IMG/VR virus record: IMGVR_UViG_3300029305_003710
Location: 20,153-84,152 of that record
Length of the DNA: 64,000 nucleotides
Reading direction: 5' to 3' (one strand)
Origin: a virus
Taxonomy: Duplodnaviria; Caudoviricetes
Below the pieces are notes generated by a model. It had not been told where the DNA came from and did no database searches. It was given only the letters and a program-made list of their open reading frames with translations. A program made the translations under genes and the position numbers. Positions 25,577 to 35,475 of the stretch are shown in pieces; position 1 is the first letter of the stretch, and the number at the start of each line of letters is the position of its first letter.

Positions 25577-27952
25577 ATGAAAACAATAAATAATCATGCC
25601 ATACGGACGGTTCTAGCGGAGCAAGGCTCTAAATTCCAGAATCGTCATCCGTATAAAATTGCGATTGAAGGAGTAGAAGGTGGAGTTGCCTCAAAGTCAG
25701 ATATTGAGCGTCTTGAGGAGGAGATTCGTCTTCTAGAGGTAGATTTGACGTTTAAGGGGGAAGTAGAAACCGAAGCTGATTTGCCGTCGGATGCTACGAT
25801 TGGAGATGTTTATCTTGTCAATGAGAACGGCTCTCTTTATGTATATACAGGAGAGGCTTGGCGACCTATGAGCGAAGGAGGATTCGACCCTCTGTATATT
25901 ATTTTTCACGAGACAACAACCTCTACGGTGACTAGGGCTGAATTTTTAGAGGCATATACTGCAAAACGACCAATTATTATTGTAACGAACTACAACTATT
26001 GTGGAGCAATTTGGTATCCGACTTACAACCTTAGTACTGTAGTGCCTAGTGGTGCGTTTTCTTTGAATGTCCCTACTACGGCCGTTACCCAATATTCCCT
26101 TGCTACTGGCGTGCGGGGGCCGTTAACAGTTATTCGTGCCCTTAAAATGAATATTCCTGCTGAAGATAATGGCTTCTTGACCATTGATGATGTTTATGGA
26201 ACAGATTTTTATCTTAATGAAATTGATAATCTAGAATCGACTCTGGTTGACCATCCTCTTTCTGCTAATCAGGGCCGAGTCCTCAACGAAAAGATTGAAC
26301 AGCGAGTTAAAGAAAATGCAGGCGCTCCAACTGCATCTACTGAAGGCGTTATAGGCTCTCTTCTAGAGGATACGACGAATGGTGAATTGTATCAGTTGAA
26401 GTCAATCGACACCTCTGTCACTCCGAATATATATAATTGGGAAAAGGTTGGGAGTGGGGGAACACAATCTGATTATGATGTTAACGATTCTTCAGACCCC
26501 GCATATATTAAGAATCGTCCTTTTTATGACCTTTCAATAGAGCTTCCTGAAGCTTTGGGCGGAGGTGAGATTTTTAGTGGCACTCCCTATTGTTTCTTAA
26601 GTACTAAAACAGGAGGAAATGCTTTTCCTGAAGGAAGCGATAAATGGAACGATGCAATAGTCCAATCTTTAATGAATCAAGGCTATCTTGTTCAGGCTGA
26701 CTCTGGAGCTAGCCTTACACGAAGTTTTCTTGTTGCGGTTGGTCTTGACCCTAATTATTATGGAAGAAGCTCTCTTGTTCTGCTCTTCTCTGACTCTGTA
26801 GATTTTTCGGTTATTTCGGGTGGAAGTACGATTTTGATAAATGCTGGCTCGATAGACGATGTGACATGGAGCTGGAATGAACAAACGCTTACTCTTACAG
26901 ACGCGGGTAATCACTTTTACGCTAACCTTACAGGAAGCGACAGATATGGTTCAACTACCAGATTTGAACTTAGCATCTGGCCTCAATTTAAAGTAATTAC
27001 TATACGTCAAGAGTCTGGCTATATAGGAGAATCAATCCGTTCTTATAGTTTTGGAGGGACTTTAAATGGAACTCTTAAAACTATTGAGCCTAAATACTTG
27101 CCTGATGCTACTTCCTCTAAAAAAGGAGGCGTAACGTTAAGTCAGATTGGGAATTCTATCGCTACTGGGTCATATCTAAGAAAGTACGAATCTAGCGGTT
27201 TAACAGCGATAGATTTAAGAGCTGCTCCTGTTGTTGATTGGAACTCAGATAATATAGCCTCCCCTCAGACGATTCTTAACAAACCTTTTGGTTCAATTGC
27301 CGCAGGATATACTTATCCTGGCTCAGGAACTCAATCACTTTATTCCTACTCTCCTGACTGGCACGTTCTAGAATTTGAGTTTACTTCGACCTCTGATTCT
27401 TATGCAGATAAGTTTGGAGTCACGCAAGCCCTTCTGAATACTGCTGGGGGAACTTTGCACGGCACAGGGTATTGTATCGTCACTGGCACCGATACGTATG
27501 CAACATCTTGGAATAATTTTCTTGACGCCGTAGCTGATTTGGTTGACAGGGGAGGAGCTCCAAGTGTAGCCTTCACATATAGATGTGTTGATATGGAAGG
27601 AGAGCCACCCTATACTGGGTCTAAGACCTTTACAGGGATAACTAACAATAATGGTATTTACACCGCTCAAGGGGAAGCGACATACTATTCTGATTTTGAA
27701 AGGTATTTCATCACGAACTTCTCGTTCTGGAAAGAGACCGTCAATAACGCAGAGGTATGGTGTTATCACCTCTCCTTCTCGATTAGCGACCCATGGGGAA
27801 GTGTTGGGCCTGAAGTACAAGGTGGTGGGGCTATCACTGCTGTTGCTACGACTACCGCGGTGATGACCCAACAGTTAGACGCGAGCTATATCCCATTAGA
27901 CCCGAACGTCTTTACTATCAACGCTCAAGGCCAGATAACTTTACGCTCATAA
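25577..27952 (+). CDS. Virion fibre/adhesin-like structural protein
   Basis: FKGEV....DLP.....GD.Y.V...LYV..G..W module, DNL.S.....PLSANQGRVL fibre motif, Ser/Thr/Gly-rich beta domains. Confidence 0.7.
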   Translation: MKTINNHAIRTVLAEQGSKFQNRHPYKIAIEGVEGGVASKSDIERLEEEIRLLEVDLTFKGEVETEADLPSDATIGDVYLVNENGSLYVYTGEAWRPMSEGGFDPLYIIFHETTTSTVTRAEFLEAYTAKRPIIIVTNYNYCGAIWYPTYNLSTVVPSGAFSLNVPTTAVTQYSLATGVRGPLTVIRALKMNIPAEDNGFLTIDDVYGTDFYLNEIDNLESTLVDHPLSANQGRVLNEKIEQRVKENAGAPTASTEGVIGSLLEDTTNGELYQLKSIDTSVTPNIYNWEKVGSGGTQSDYDVNDSSDPAYIKNRPFYDLSIELPEALGGGEIFSGTPYCFLSTKTGGNAFPEGSDKWNDAIVQSLMNQGYLVQADSGASLTRSFLVAVGLDPNYYGRSSLVLLFSDSVDFSVISGGSTILINAGSIDDVTWSWNEQTLTLTDAGNHFYANLTGSDRYGSTTRFELSIWPQFKVITIRQESGYIGESIRSYSFGGTLNGTLKTIEPKYLPDATSSKKGGVTLSQIGNSIATGSYLRKYESSGLTAIDLRAAPVVDWNSDNIASPQTILNKPFGSIAAGYTYPGSGTQSLYSYSPDWHVLEFEFTSTSDSYADKFGVTQALLNTAGGTLHGTGYCIVTGTDTYATSWNNFLDAVADLVDRGGAPSVAFTYRCVDMEGEPPYTGSKTFTGITNNNGIYTAQGEATYYSDFERYFITNFSFWKETVNNAEVWCYHLSFSISDPWGSVGPEVQGGGAITAVATTTAVMTQQLDASYIPLDPNVFTINAQGQITLRS

Positions 27953-27979
27953 ACCCTTGGCTCTATTTGCCCTTTGGAA

Positions 27980-28120
27980 TATAATTATCTATGTTCTGGA
28001 GTCGGAAGACCTGCAAATAACCCCTTGCTAAAGCAGGGGGTTATTGGTATAATAGAGTCGCATATCCGAACAGATACGCCACCGTAGTATAACTAATAAC
28101 CCTTCCCAAGCGGAGGGGTT
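27980..28120 (+). ncRNA. Two tandem promoter-short RNA-hairpin units
   Basis: TATAAT at 27980 and 28048, each followed by 55-65 nt ending in a strong hairpin (28016-45, 28098-120); no ORF. Confidence 0.35.
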
Positions 28121-28165
28121 GTTGGTATAATGGAATCACATTGACAATTAAAAGAAAGGAAAGTT

Positions 28166-28537
28166 ATGGCAGACAATAAAGCGAAAGCCCTAAAAGACGC
28201 CGAAGCCAATTCCAATATTAAAATTAAAGTTTACTATTCTGGTGAAACGCCAGCAGAATGTGGCGTGAAGGAATGGGAACACAATCTTGAGCCCATTGGC
28301 GGGAAAAACATCCCGTGGCTATTTAAGTACTACCCAGATAAAAATCAAAAAAGTTGTGCACAGTTCGTTAATTCGTTGGCTGTGTATCGTAGTATTTCAA
28401 TAGGTCTGGCAGAAATTTTGGACGCTGTTATAGTTAACGTCAAGCAAAGAGACGCGTTAGCTAGGCTGGTAGACCACTTATTATGGGGAGAACTTGGTAG
28501 CGATAATGCCAATGAAGGCGATGGCATTTCTCTGTGA
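28166..28537 (+). CDS. Hypothetical protein inside the small-RNA array
   Basis: 123 aa; own TGnTATAAT promoter (28126) and SD GGAAAG. Confidence 0.65.
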   Translation: MADNKAKALKDAEANSNIKIKVYYSGETPAECGVKEWEHNLEPIGGKNIPWLFKYYPDKNQKSCAQFVNSLAVYRSISIGLAEILDAVIVNVKQRDALARLVDHLLWGELGSDNANEGDGISL

Positions 28538-28548
28538 TATAATGTGAC

Positions 28549-28683
28549 CACAGCTGAGAGGCTAAGTAGGCTGACGTATGACGTCGTAAGGGAAGCTAGA
28601 CGCTCTAGCCATCCGAAAATAGCCTCGGCCACCGCCACCACTGAACCGGGAGTTCCTGGTCGGGTTAAGTGTGGTGGTTTTTT
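28549..28683 (+). ncRNA. Candidate small RNA
   Basis: TGnTATAAT at 28538; closing helix GCTGAG-AGGCTA/TAGCCT-CGGC; long terminator hairpin ACCACCAC...GTGTGGTGGT plus T-run. Confidence 0.45.
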
Positions 28684-28696
28684 GTGCTATAATCGA

Positions 28697-28832
28697 ACCG
28701 CGAGGGAGAGCGCCGGCTTCTAGCGTCTGGGTTTCCGAACGGAAGTAAGGCGAACGAGCTGTTTTCGCCGAGAATCTCCTTTGTCGCTAGCCCCCTCGCG
28801 TCCATTTAGCTGCCTTTCTGGGCGGTTTTTTG
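28697..28832 (+). ncRNA. Candidate small RNA
   Basis: TGnTATAAT at 28688; CGCGAGGG/CCCTCGCG (28699/28800), CTAGCG/CGCTAG and two internal hairpins; terminator 28809-31. Confidence 0.5.
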
Positions 28833-28942
28833 GTGTAATAAGGACATATCGTTTCGAAGATGAAAGCCTAGCTCTAAAGGCCGATTGCTATAATAGGTGT
28901 AGATATTATTAATTATTCTTTTTGCAAAGGAAAAAATTTATT

Positions 28943-30370
28943 ATGTACGCTAATAGACACCCTTATAGGGTCACGGCAGTAAATAGCGTTTCTAAGACTG
29001 CTAATAGACACCCGATTAAGGTTCTTATCGAAGGAGGGGTTGTCACCCCCGAAGAGTTCGAGGAACTCGAAAAGAAGGTTGACGCTTTAGCGACTGACCT
29101 TTCTTACAAAGGCGGAGTGCCGACTTATGATGATTTACCAGCCGACCCCGAGCAGGGCGATGTTTATACCGTAGAAGACACCGGTGTTCTTTATGTTTGG
29201 GACGGGATTCAATGGGTAGCACTCAACGATTCTAAAAAAGCCATAACAGGTAGTTCTGACCCTACTTCTTCTACCGAAGGGGAACTCGGTCAACTTTACC
29301 TCAATACTACGAGCGGAGAGTTGTTCTATTGTTCTGCGACCGGGGGCACTTACACCTGGACTTCTCTCGACTCGCCCATCCAGTCTATCTCGGTCAACGG
29401 AACTGCGGTTACCCCAGACGCGAATAAAAACGTTAATTTGACGATACCAGATGGGATTAAAACCCTGACGACGGCGGATTACAACTACCCGATGGATAAT
29501 CCGACGAGTGTGGCTTGGTGGCTTTTGGACACAGGTATTTATAAAATACCGTGTGGTTTGAGAATGACTAAATTCAGTGGACAACCGTCATTTCAACAGA
29601 CTGACGCAGACGTCGCAATGCTGTGGGTTTTTAATGCTGAAAATAATGAGACGCAATACTCAAAAAAGTATATATACTCTAGCGGTCGGTATGGCGTGTT
29701 TTGTTATGAGGCGAGCACAGATGGCACTCAAGAGTCTTGGCCGCAGTCCACTGACGACTGGGCTTTATTAACTCAAAAGAATGTTACGAGTTCTTTGAAC
29801 ACAGGCTCTACCACTAAAGGCTATGTTCTTGATGCCCGTCAAGGTAAAGTCCTTGCTGACCGTATCGGCAATCTCTCAACTCTCACTACTACCGCTAAAA
29901 CCTCTGCCGTAGCCGCGATAAATGAACTTGATTCAGAACTTGATAACGCAAAACCTCTCTCCGGCTCTACCGCCCCCACCACTTCTACGGTAGGAACTCT
30001 AGGTCAAACCTATGTCGATACCTCTACTGGAGATATTTACTACCTCTCTGAGATTGATGAAACTACTTCTCCTACGACTTACACTTGGGAGAAGCTATCT
30101 GATGCAGCGACGAAGGGCTATGTCGATAACGCTATTATTAACGGCGGCACCACTCAACCTACGACCTCTACAGTCGGCGCTGTCGGTACTCAGTATAACT
30201 GTGTAAATAATGGTGAGCCAGAAATTTATATCTGTACTGCCGTAGATACTTCAACCACTCCAAACACTTATACTTGGAAGAAAGTTGGTCTAACTCTTCA
30301 GCTTAGCACTACTGACCCAGGTGAAGGTTCTCCGCTTGCAGACAATACATTACTCGGTATTTACGAATAG
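28943..30370 (+). CDS. Virion fibre-like structural protein with repeated PT.ST.G..G..Y modules
   Basis: Shares the NRHPY N-terminal motif and the YKG.V....DLP module with the 25577 protein. Confidence 0.7.
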   Translation: MYANRHPYRVTAVNSVSKTANRHPIKVLIEGGVVTPEEFEELEKKVDALATDLSYKGGVPTYDDLPADPEQGDVYTVEDTGVLYVWDGIQWVALNDSKKAITGSSDPTSSTEGELGQLYLNTTSGELFYCSATGGTYTWTSLDSPIQSISVNGTAVTPDANKNVNLTIPDGIKTLTTADYNYPMDNPTSVAWWLLDTGIYKIPCGLRMTKFSGQPSFQQTDADVAMLWVFNAENNETQYSKKYIYSSGRYGVFCYEASTDGTQESWPQSTDDWALLTQKNVTSSLNTGSTTKGYVLDARQGKVLADRIGNLSTLTTTAKTSAVAAINELDSELDNAKPLSGSTAPTTSTVGTLGQTYVDTSTGDIYYLSEIDETTSPTTYTWEKLSDAATKGYVDNAIINGGTTQPTTSTVGAVGTQYNCVNNGEPEIYICTAVDTSTTPNTYTWKKVGLTLQLSTTDPGEGSPLADNTLLGIYE

Positions 30371-30379
30371 GGGGTCTAA

Positions 30380-32176
30380 ATGGCTAGTGGAACTCTTACT
30401 CTAACTACTCAATCTGTTGATTATGGTGGTGGTCGTGGTGGTATGACCATGTACAACACTATCAACTGGTCAACCAGTGGCAACACTCTTACTCTCTCCA
30501 ACGGGGGTAGGAGTGGAGGAGATTATTGGACGCTCTATAATGCATCTGGTTCAGCTGATTATATGGCTGTTCTCAAAATCCAAGTTAATTATGGCTCTGG
30601 TTGGACAACTATTTCTGAACAATCAGCTTATATCGGAACTGTTGCTCAAGGTGGCTTAAGAATTGGGGCTAAATCAGACGAATTTCTAAATAATTTGGGA
30701 AGCTATACTTTGACAGGAAACTGTTCAATTCGAGCTTTGTACTATGCTACAAGAGAACCAGCTCCAACTTCTGATTACCCATACGCTTTTCCAAGTGAAA
30801 GCTATTCTGAAGCAAGCCAGACACCAGTTGTAGTCGATGTCGTGGTAGCTCCAGATACACCAACGATTACAAATGTTATTCCTTCCAATCATTCAGTAAC
30901 GTTTGACTATGGAACAACATCTTTTGGAATTCCATCAACTGGTAATGTTTGGCTTAGTTGTTTATCACAATATGCTGTAAGTTCTGTGTTTACTATCACA
31001 AGCAAAACTACAACGGGTATGTCAACAGAAACGATTACGAAATACTCAGATGGTTTTCTAAAAAAAGATATAGTAGGAAATACAATCTACTTCCTTGGCG
31101 CAACAGCAGATAACGGTTCAGCAACTGCCGCGACATCTCCGATTCAGTTCGTAACTCTTCCAAATGAAACTGCGGTGAGTATTGTTTCAATAAGCGATAC
31201 AAGCATCCTTATTCGCTTTACAGCTCCAGCTAATGGTGGAGCCCGAAAACAATATTTTGAATATAGTATAGATGGTGGAAAAACTTGGGAAACTTATGCA
31301 CAATCTTCTTCGACGAAAGAAGTTGGTTGGAATGAAGAAATTTCTAATCTGACATCCAATACTGAATATACGATTTTGACAAGAACAAGAACGACAGCTG
31401 GCGTTACTCCCGGAGCTACATTAACTGTCACAACATCAACACCGTCAAATCCTGTTATTTCTGAATTTGAAGCTAGTAATGGTAGTGTAAGTAGCACTGC
31501 TGGTAAGTTTGATTATTCACTTGAAGCATTTTCTGGCTATCCAGTTCCAGCTACAAAAACCATCACTGCGACAGACTCAAATGGTACGATTGTTTACACA
31601 AATGTCGAGACTAAATCTGGCTATTTTGATGAACATATATGGATTTCAGATAATGTGGTTTACAATGAACAATACTCATTAACTTGTAGAGTAGAAAATT
31701 CTACAGGTTATGACGAAGAAACTATAATAGGTTCAACATGCTATGCTCCTTTAGAAGTTGTATATAATCCATCAACTAAAAAAGTTATTATTACTTGTGA
31801 CCCAGGAGCAGGCTATTGCGGTATTAAAATTAAGTATAAACTAGACGATGGTTCTGCAATAGAATGTATTGCTATTCCTTCTGGCACAACTACATCTCAA
31901 TCATTTGAGCTTGATGTCTCTCAATTAGCAGGAGGCTCTCACACCCTTCATTTTGTATATACAAAATATGATTCTTCTGACCCATACGTACCTTTTATCA
32001 ATGCTCCTGCCTTCACATTCAACATTGGAGTTAGACTTTACGGCTCAAAGAATACTAATGATTTAGCTGAAAAGCTTATCAAAGTCTATGCTCCAGTTAA
32101 TGAATTATCAAAATCTCTGAAAGTTTACGGGTCTAAGAATACGAATAACTTAGCAAAACTCATCCATGAGAAATAG
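30380..32176 (+). CDS. Fn3/Ig-like domain virion protein
   Basis: P..PT, EYSIDGG.TW and L..NT.Y Fn3 patterns; duplicated VYGSKNTN C-terminal motif. Confidence 0.7.
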   Translation: MASGTLTLTTQSVDYGGGRGGMTMYNTINWSTSGNTLTLSNGGRSGGDYWTLYNASGSADYMAVLKIQVNYGSGWTTISEQSAYIGTVAQGGLRIGAKSDEFLNNLGSYTLTGNCSIRALYYATREPAPTSDYPYAFPSESYSEASQTPVVVDVVVAPDTPTITNVIPSNHSVTFDYGTTSFGIPSTGNVWLSCLSQYAVSSVFTITSKTTTGMSTETITKYSDGFLKKDIVGNTIYFLGATADNGSATAATSPIQFVTLPNETAVSIVSISDTSILIRFTAPANGGARKQYFEYSIDGGKTWETYAQSSSTKEVGWNEEISNLTSNTEYTILTRTRTTAGVTPGATLTVTTSTPSNPVISEFEASNGSVSSTAGKFDYSLEAFSGYPVPATKTITATDSNGTIVYTNVETKSGYFDEHIWISDNVVYNEQYSLTCRVENSTGYDEETIIGSTCYAPLEVVYNPSTKKVIITCDPGAGYCGIKIKYKLDDGSAIECIAIPSGTTTSQSFELDVSQLAGGSHTLHFVYTKYDSSDPYVPFINAPAFTFNIGVRLYGSKNTNDLAEKLIKVYAPVNELSKSLKVYGSKNTNNLAKLIHEK

Positions 32177-32213
32177 CTCTAGCCCTTCCCCAAACGGAGG
32201 GGCTTTTTGTTGG

Positions 32214-32236
32214 AAACCCCTCATTTTATATAATAG
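32214..32236 (+). promoter_or_regulatory. Conserved 23-bp promoter motif (second copy 37922-37944)
   Basis: AAAC(C/T)CCTCATTTTATATAATAG, 22/23 identical; each copy follows a terminator and precedes structural genes. Confidence 0.65.
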
Positions 32237-32267
32237 AGATAGAACAAATATATCTTAAGGAATTAAA

Positions 32268-32642
32268 GTGTCAGACACAGTATTAACTGCCCTCATCGCT
32301 GCGGGCGTTCCTGCTATCGTGACTATCGTGTCGGCAATTCTCCAACATCGGTCTAAAAGGTTGACCGAGGCAATGAAAAAGAATTGCGACCACATGGACG
32401 AGAGATTTGATGAGTTACGCCGAGAAATGAAGAATGGGCAACAGAAGGATGAACAAGCTATTACACGATTAGAGCTGATGATGCTGATGACCCAAGACCC
32501 TGAAAATGTTTTAGAGATTGAAAAACTCGCTCGCAAGTATTTTGACCCCAATGGGCTAAACGGCGACTCGTATATGAGCAAAATATATAGTGATTACGCC
32601 AAAGAGTATAATGCCGACCATACTTTTGTAACCCATCTATAA
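32268..32642 (+). CDS. Membrane-anchored coiled-coil protein (holin/XhlA-like)
   Basis: N-terminal TM helix followed by a coiled coil. Confidence 0.5.
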   Translation: MSDTVLTALIAAGVPAIVTIVSAILQHRSKRLTEAMKKNCDHMDERFDELRREMKNGQQKDEQAITRLELMMLMTQDPENVLEIEKLARKYFDPNGLNGDSYMSKIYSDYAKEYNADHTFVTHL

Positions 32643-32652
32643 AGGAGAAATT

Positions 32653-32925
32653 ATGACCCCAGAAATCAAACGCTTATTAAAATTATCAAGCATTCCAAAC
32701 TTTAAGCTATCTGCTAAAGAACAAGCTACTTTAGAGGCTTGGAAGGCTACTCAAAAGCCAATCAAGCCCCGCCGAAAAATGCGTTCTGAGCCCTCTAAAT
32801 CGCGTTCTAAGGCCACTTCAGACCTGGAGACGATAGAAGTATCGTCCGAAGCAGAAAAAGGCAAAATTGGAAAAATTCAGAACGTTGTCAGGACTGAAGA
32901 TTTAATTTTGAACTCGGAGTCTTAA
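32653..32925 (+). CDS. Hypothetical protein (contains dispersed motif copy B)
   Basis: SD AAGGAG; 90 aa. Confidence 0.6.
   Translation: MTPEIKRLLKLSSIPNFKLSAKEQATLEAWKATQKPIKPRRKMRSEPSKSRSKATSDLETIEVSSEAEKGKIGKIQNVVRTEDLILNSES
32792..32835 (+). repeat. Dispersed DNA motif, copy B
   Basis: 36/44 nt identical to 7496-7539. Confidence 0.7.
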
Positions 32926-32926
32926 T

Positions 32927-33166
32927 ATGGACGACGGGAGGTTATTATCTATCAGGTGCCCTGGGCAGATTTACGACAAAAAGAAAAACGAACTAGTTAA
33001 GTGTAACCGCTTGTGTGTAAAGGTGTTTCCTGGGTCTTCTGGGGAATCTGTTTGCCCAAAGTGTAAATTGAAGTTTAGATTTTATGTAGATTCTCAAGCA
33101 AGGTCTAATCTGGCTGTCAGAGCAAAGCCTGTTCCACCTCAAGAAAAGAGCGATTTGCTAAACTAG
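32927..33166 (+). CDS. Com-like zinc-finger protein
   Basis: IRCP...CNRL...CPKCK, upstream of the capsid gene. Confidence 0.55.
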   Translation: MDDGRLLSIRCPGQIYDKKKNELVKCNRLCVKVFPGSSGESVCPKCKLKFRFYVDSQARSNLAVRAKPVPPQEKSDLLN

Positions 33167-33236
33167 AAATAGATACACAGAGCGGATTAACCGCCAGTTG
33201 TCAAAAAGAACACTTAAAAATGAGAGGTTCTAAAGA

Positions 33237-35441
33237 GTGAACATTTACAAAAATACAATAGAAGTCGCTCGGAACTCTTTTAACGATGAGGGTGAGGGGA
33301 TTGTCTCCTTCCCTAACGGTCTAGTTATCTCGGACTCTGAAGTTCAGAGAAACGGAACTAGATACGATATTGATTCTCTTGACATCTCGAAATACGCCGG
33401 TCAGCTTACTGCCGACCATGAAGATAAGTTGCAAAACATTATCGGACGTGTTGAAGGGGTGAAAAAGAACAATGGTCGTGTTACCGTTGACCGTATCGTT
33501 TATGCCGTCAAGCAAAATCCGCTAGCTAGATTAGCTTACGATTTGTTGGTCGGTGGGTTCTCGAAGGCTTTTAGTACGGAAACGATGGGAATCTCTAATA
33601 CTGCGGACGGAACTCTAGCTAATCATGAGTTGGTCGGACTGTCGCAGGTAGTTGTTCCTAACAATTACTCCGCGTGCATTAACTCCCTCAAGAAAAGCCT
33701 TAATCAGGCTAAAGCTGATGGACTAGATGTAAGTGGAATCGAAACAATCCTAAATGGAGAAAACCAAATGGATGAAGAAGTAAAAACTCCATCTGAAGAG
33801 GTTAAAGAAGTCGAAGCTCCCGCAACTGAAGAAGTTAAAGAGGCTGAGCCTGTCGAGGAAGCAACTAAACCCGTTGAAGAGGTTGAAAATGCTTCCGAGG
33901 AGAAAACTGAAAACTCTGCTGAAGAGGAAGCTCCTGCTGAATCTGAAGAGCCTGAAACCAAAGAAGCAGACAAACCTGCTGACGAGGTGGAAGAGGTTGA
34001 AAAAGAGCTTGAAGCTGACAACTCCGCTGAAGAGATTGAAGAAAACGAAGTCGAAACGACCGACAATGAAATCTCTAACGAAGAAGTCAAAGAACTCTTC
34101 GACAAAATCGACAACTTAACCAAATTAGTTGAAGAAAGAACTGGGTTCGATGAACCCGACGGCGAGATTAAGGTTGAAAAAATCGTCGAAGAAGACCTTA
34201 GAAACTCGGCGGATGAAACTGAAGAAAATTTAACAAAGGAAGAAAATTCAATGACTAAAGATGAATTTGCCAACGCTTTCGCTGAAGCTATGAAAAACTA
34301 CTTCGGTGACGCTAAAGCCCCTGAGTTCAAGAAAGAAGAGAACTCTGCGGATTATTCCAAACTTGATTCCAAAGAAATCTTTGGCAAACAAGTCAACGCT
34401 GCCTGGGACGCTTTCCGTGGTGGCAACATCGAGGCCCGCAAGACCCTCAATGAACTTAACAAAGTAAACTACAACGCTCTCAAAGAAGCTGGCATTGTTA
34501 AGAACGCCATGACCATCGAGTCCATGGGCAACTTTGTCCTTCCGCCTGAGATGTATCGTGAGATTATCGGGCATCGTAACGATTACTCCGCTATTCTCGA
34601 CGCTACCGACTGGCAAGATACTGACCGCCTAGAGTTTGCGTTCCTCCGCCGCAACGGTGATATTTCCATGAAGAATGTCGCTCTCTGCGATGATGGTGAA
34701 AATGGCAACCTCAAACCAATCTCCGAATACTCTGCGGAACCGGTCACCGAGAAACTTGAAGAATTGGCTGCTGTTACGGTTGTTTGTACCGCTGCTACCC
34801 GTTTCTTCGCCGCTGACCTTCTTGGCGATGTCGCTGCTGGTTATCGTAACGATTATGACCGCAAACGTGCTCAACTCGTAATCGCGAAACTCGAACAAGC
34901 TGTTATTGAGACCGGAAATGAAGTTTCTTATGACGCTACTTCCGATACTGGAGCTATGGTTGCGTGGCTTGACGCCATGAGCAAAATTTCCGATACCACG
35001 ACTGAGGGGACTCTTGTGTTTAATAGCAAGACCTTTGCTAAACTCAAGGCTCACGCTCTTGAGGCTGGTGTTAATGGTCCGCTCTCCGAAATCTTTACGA
35101 CCGGCGATATTCCTCGTATCTTTGGTATGCGTTATATCGTTGTTCCAAATGATTTGATGCCAACCATTGAATCTGACGATTCTGTCGCCTTCGAGGTTCA
35201 AGGCGTTAATGTGCCTATCACTCACGCTGTCTTCTATGGCGACCTTCGTGAGTTTACTGGCCGCACTTCTGGTGGTTTACAGTATGACCTCTCTACCGAT
35301 GCTTCTTACGAAGTTGACGGTATAGTCAAATCCGCCTACCAAAGAAACGAACTTGTCCTTCGTGGCTCGTTCTTCCGCGGTGGTGCTATCAAGGATAACA
35401 GCCGTATCGCTGGTATTCTTCAAACCCCTGCTGAATCCTAA
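33237..35441 (+). CDS. Prohead protease-scaffold-major capsid protein polyprotein (HK97 fold)
   Basis: N-terminal protease-like domain (ADH, AFS, ELVGLS.V.VP.N), very acidic linker, capsid region MGNFVLPPEM..EII...YGD......G. Confidence 0.85.
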   Translation: MNIYKNTIEVARNSFNDEGEGIVSFPNGLVISDSEVQRNGTRYDIDSLDISKYAGQLTADHEDKLQNIIGRVEGVKKNNGRVTVDRIVYAVKQNPLARLAYDLLVGGFSKAFSTETMGISNTADGTLANHELVGLSQVVVPNNYSACINSLKKSLNQAKADGLDVSGIETILNGENQMDEEVKTPSEEVKEVEAPATEEVKEAEPVEEATKPVEEVENASEEKTENSAEEEAPAESEEPETKEADKPADEVEEVEKELEADNSAEEIEENEVETTDNEISNEEVKELFDKIDNLTKLVEERTGFDEPDGEIKVEKIVEEDLRNSADETEENLTKEENSMTKDEFANAFAEAMKNYFGDAKAPEFKKEENSADYSKLDSKEIFGKQVNAAWDAFRGGNIEARKTLNELNKVNYNALKEAGIVKNAMTIESMGNFVLPPEMYREIIGHRNDYSAILDATDWQDTDRLEFAFLRRNGDISMKNVALCDDGENGNLKPISEYSAEPVTEKLEELAAVTVVCTAATRFFAADLLGDVAAGYRNDYDRKRAQLVIAKLEQAVIETGNEVSYDATSDTGAMVAWLDAMSKISDTTTEGTLVFNSKTFAKLKAHALEAGVNGPLSEIFTTGDIPRIFGMRYIVVPNDLMPTIESDDSVAFEVQGVNVPITHAVFYGDLREFTGRTSGGLQYDLSTDASYEVDGIVKSAYQRNELVLRGSFFRGGAIKDNSRIAGILQTPAES

Positions 35442-35475
35442 TTAAACAAAAACTTTAATAATCGGGAGTGATAAA

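Noticed and set aside
33704-35225. Long antisense ORFs opposite the capsid gene (also those opposite the tape measure and DUF2828 genes)
   Set aside because: These are shadow ORFs produced by biased codon usage (Ser-rich mirror of Glu-rich sequence) with no independent signals.
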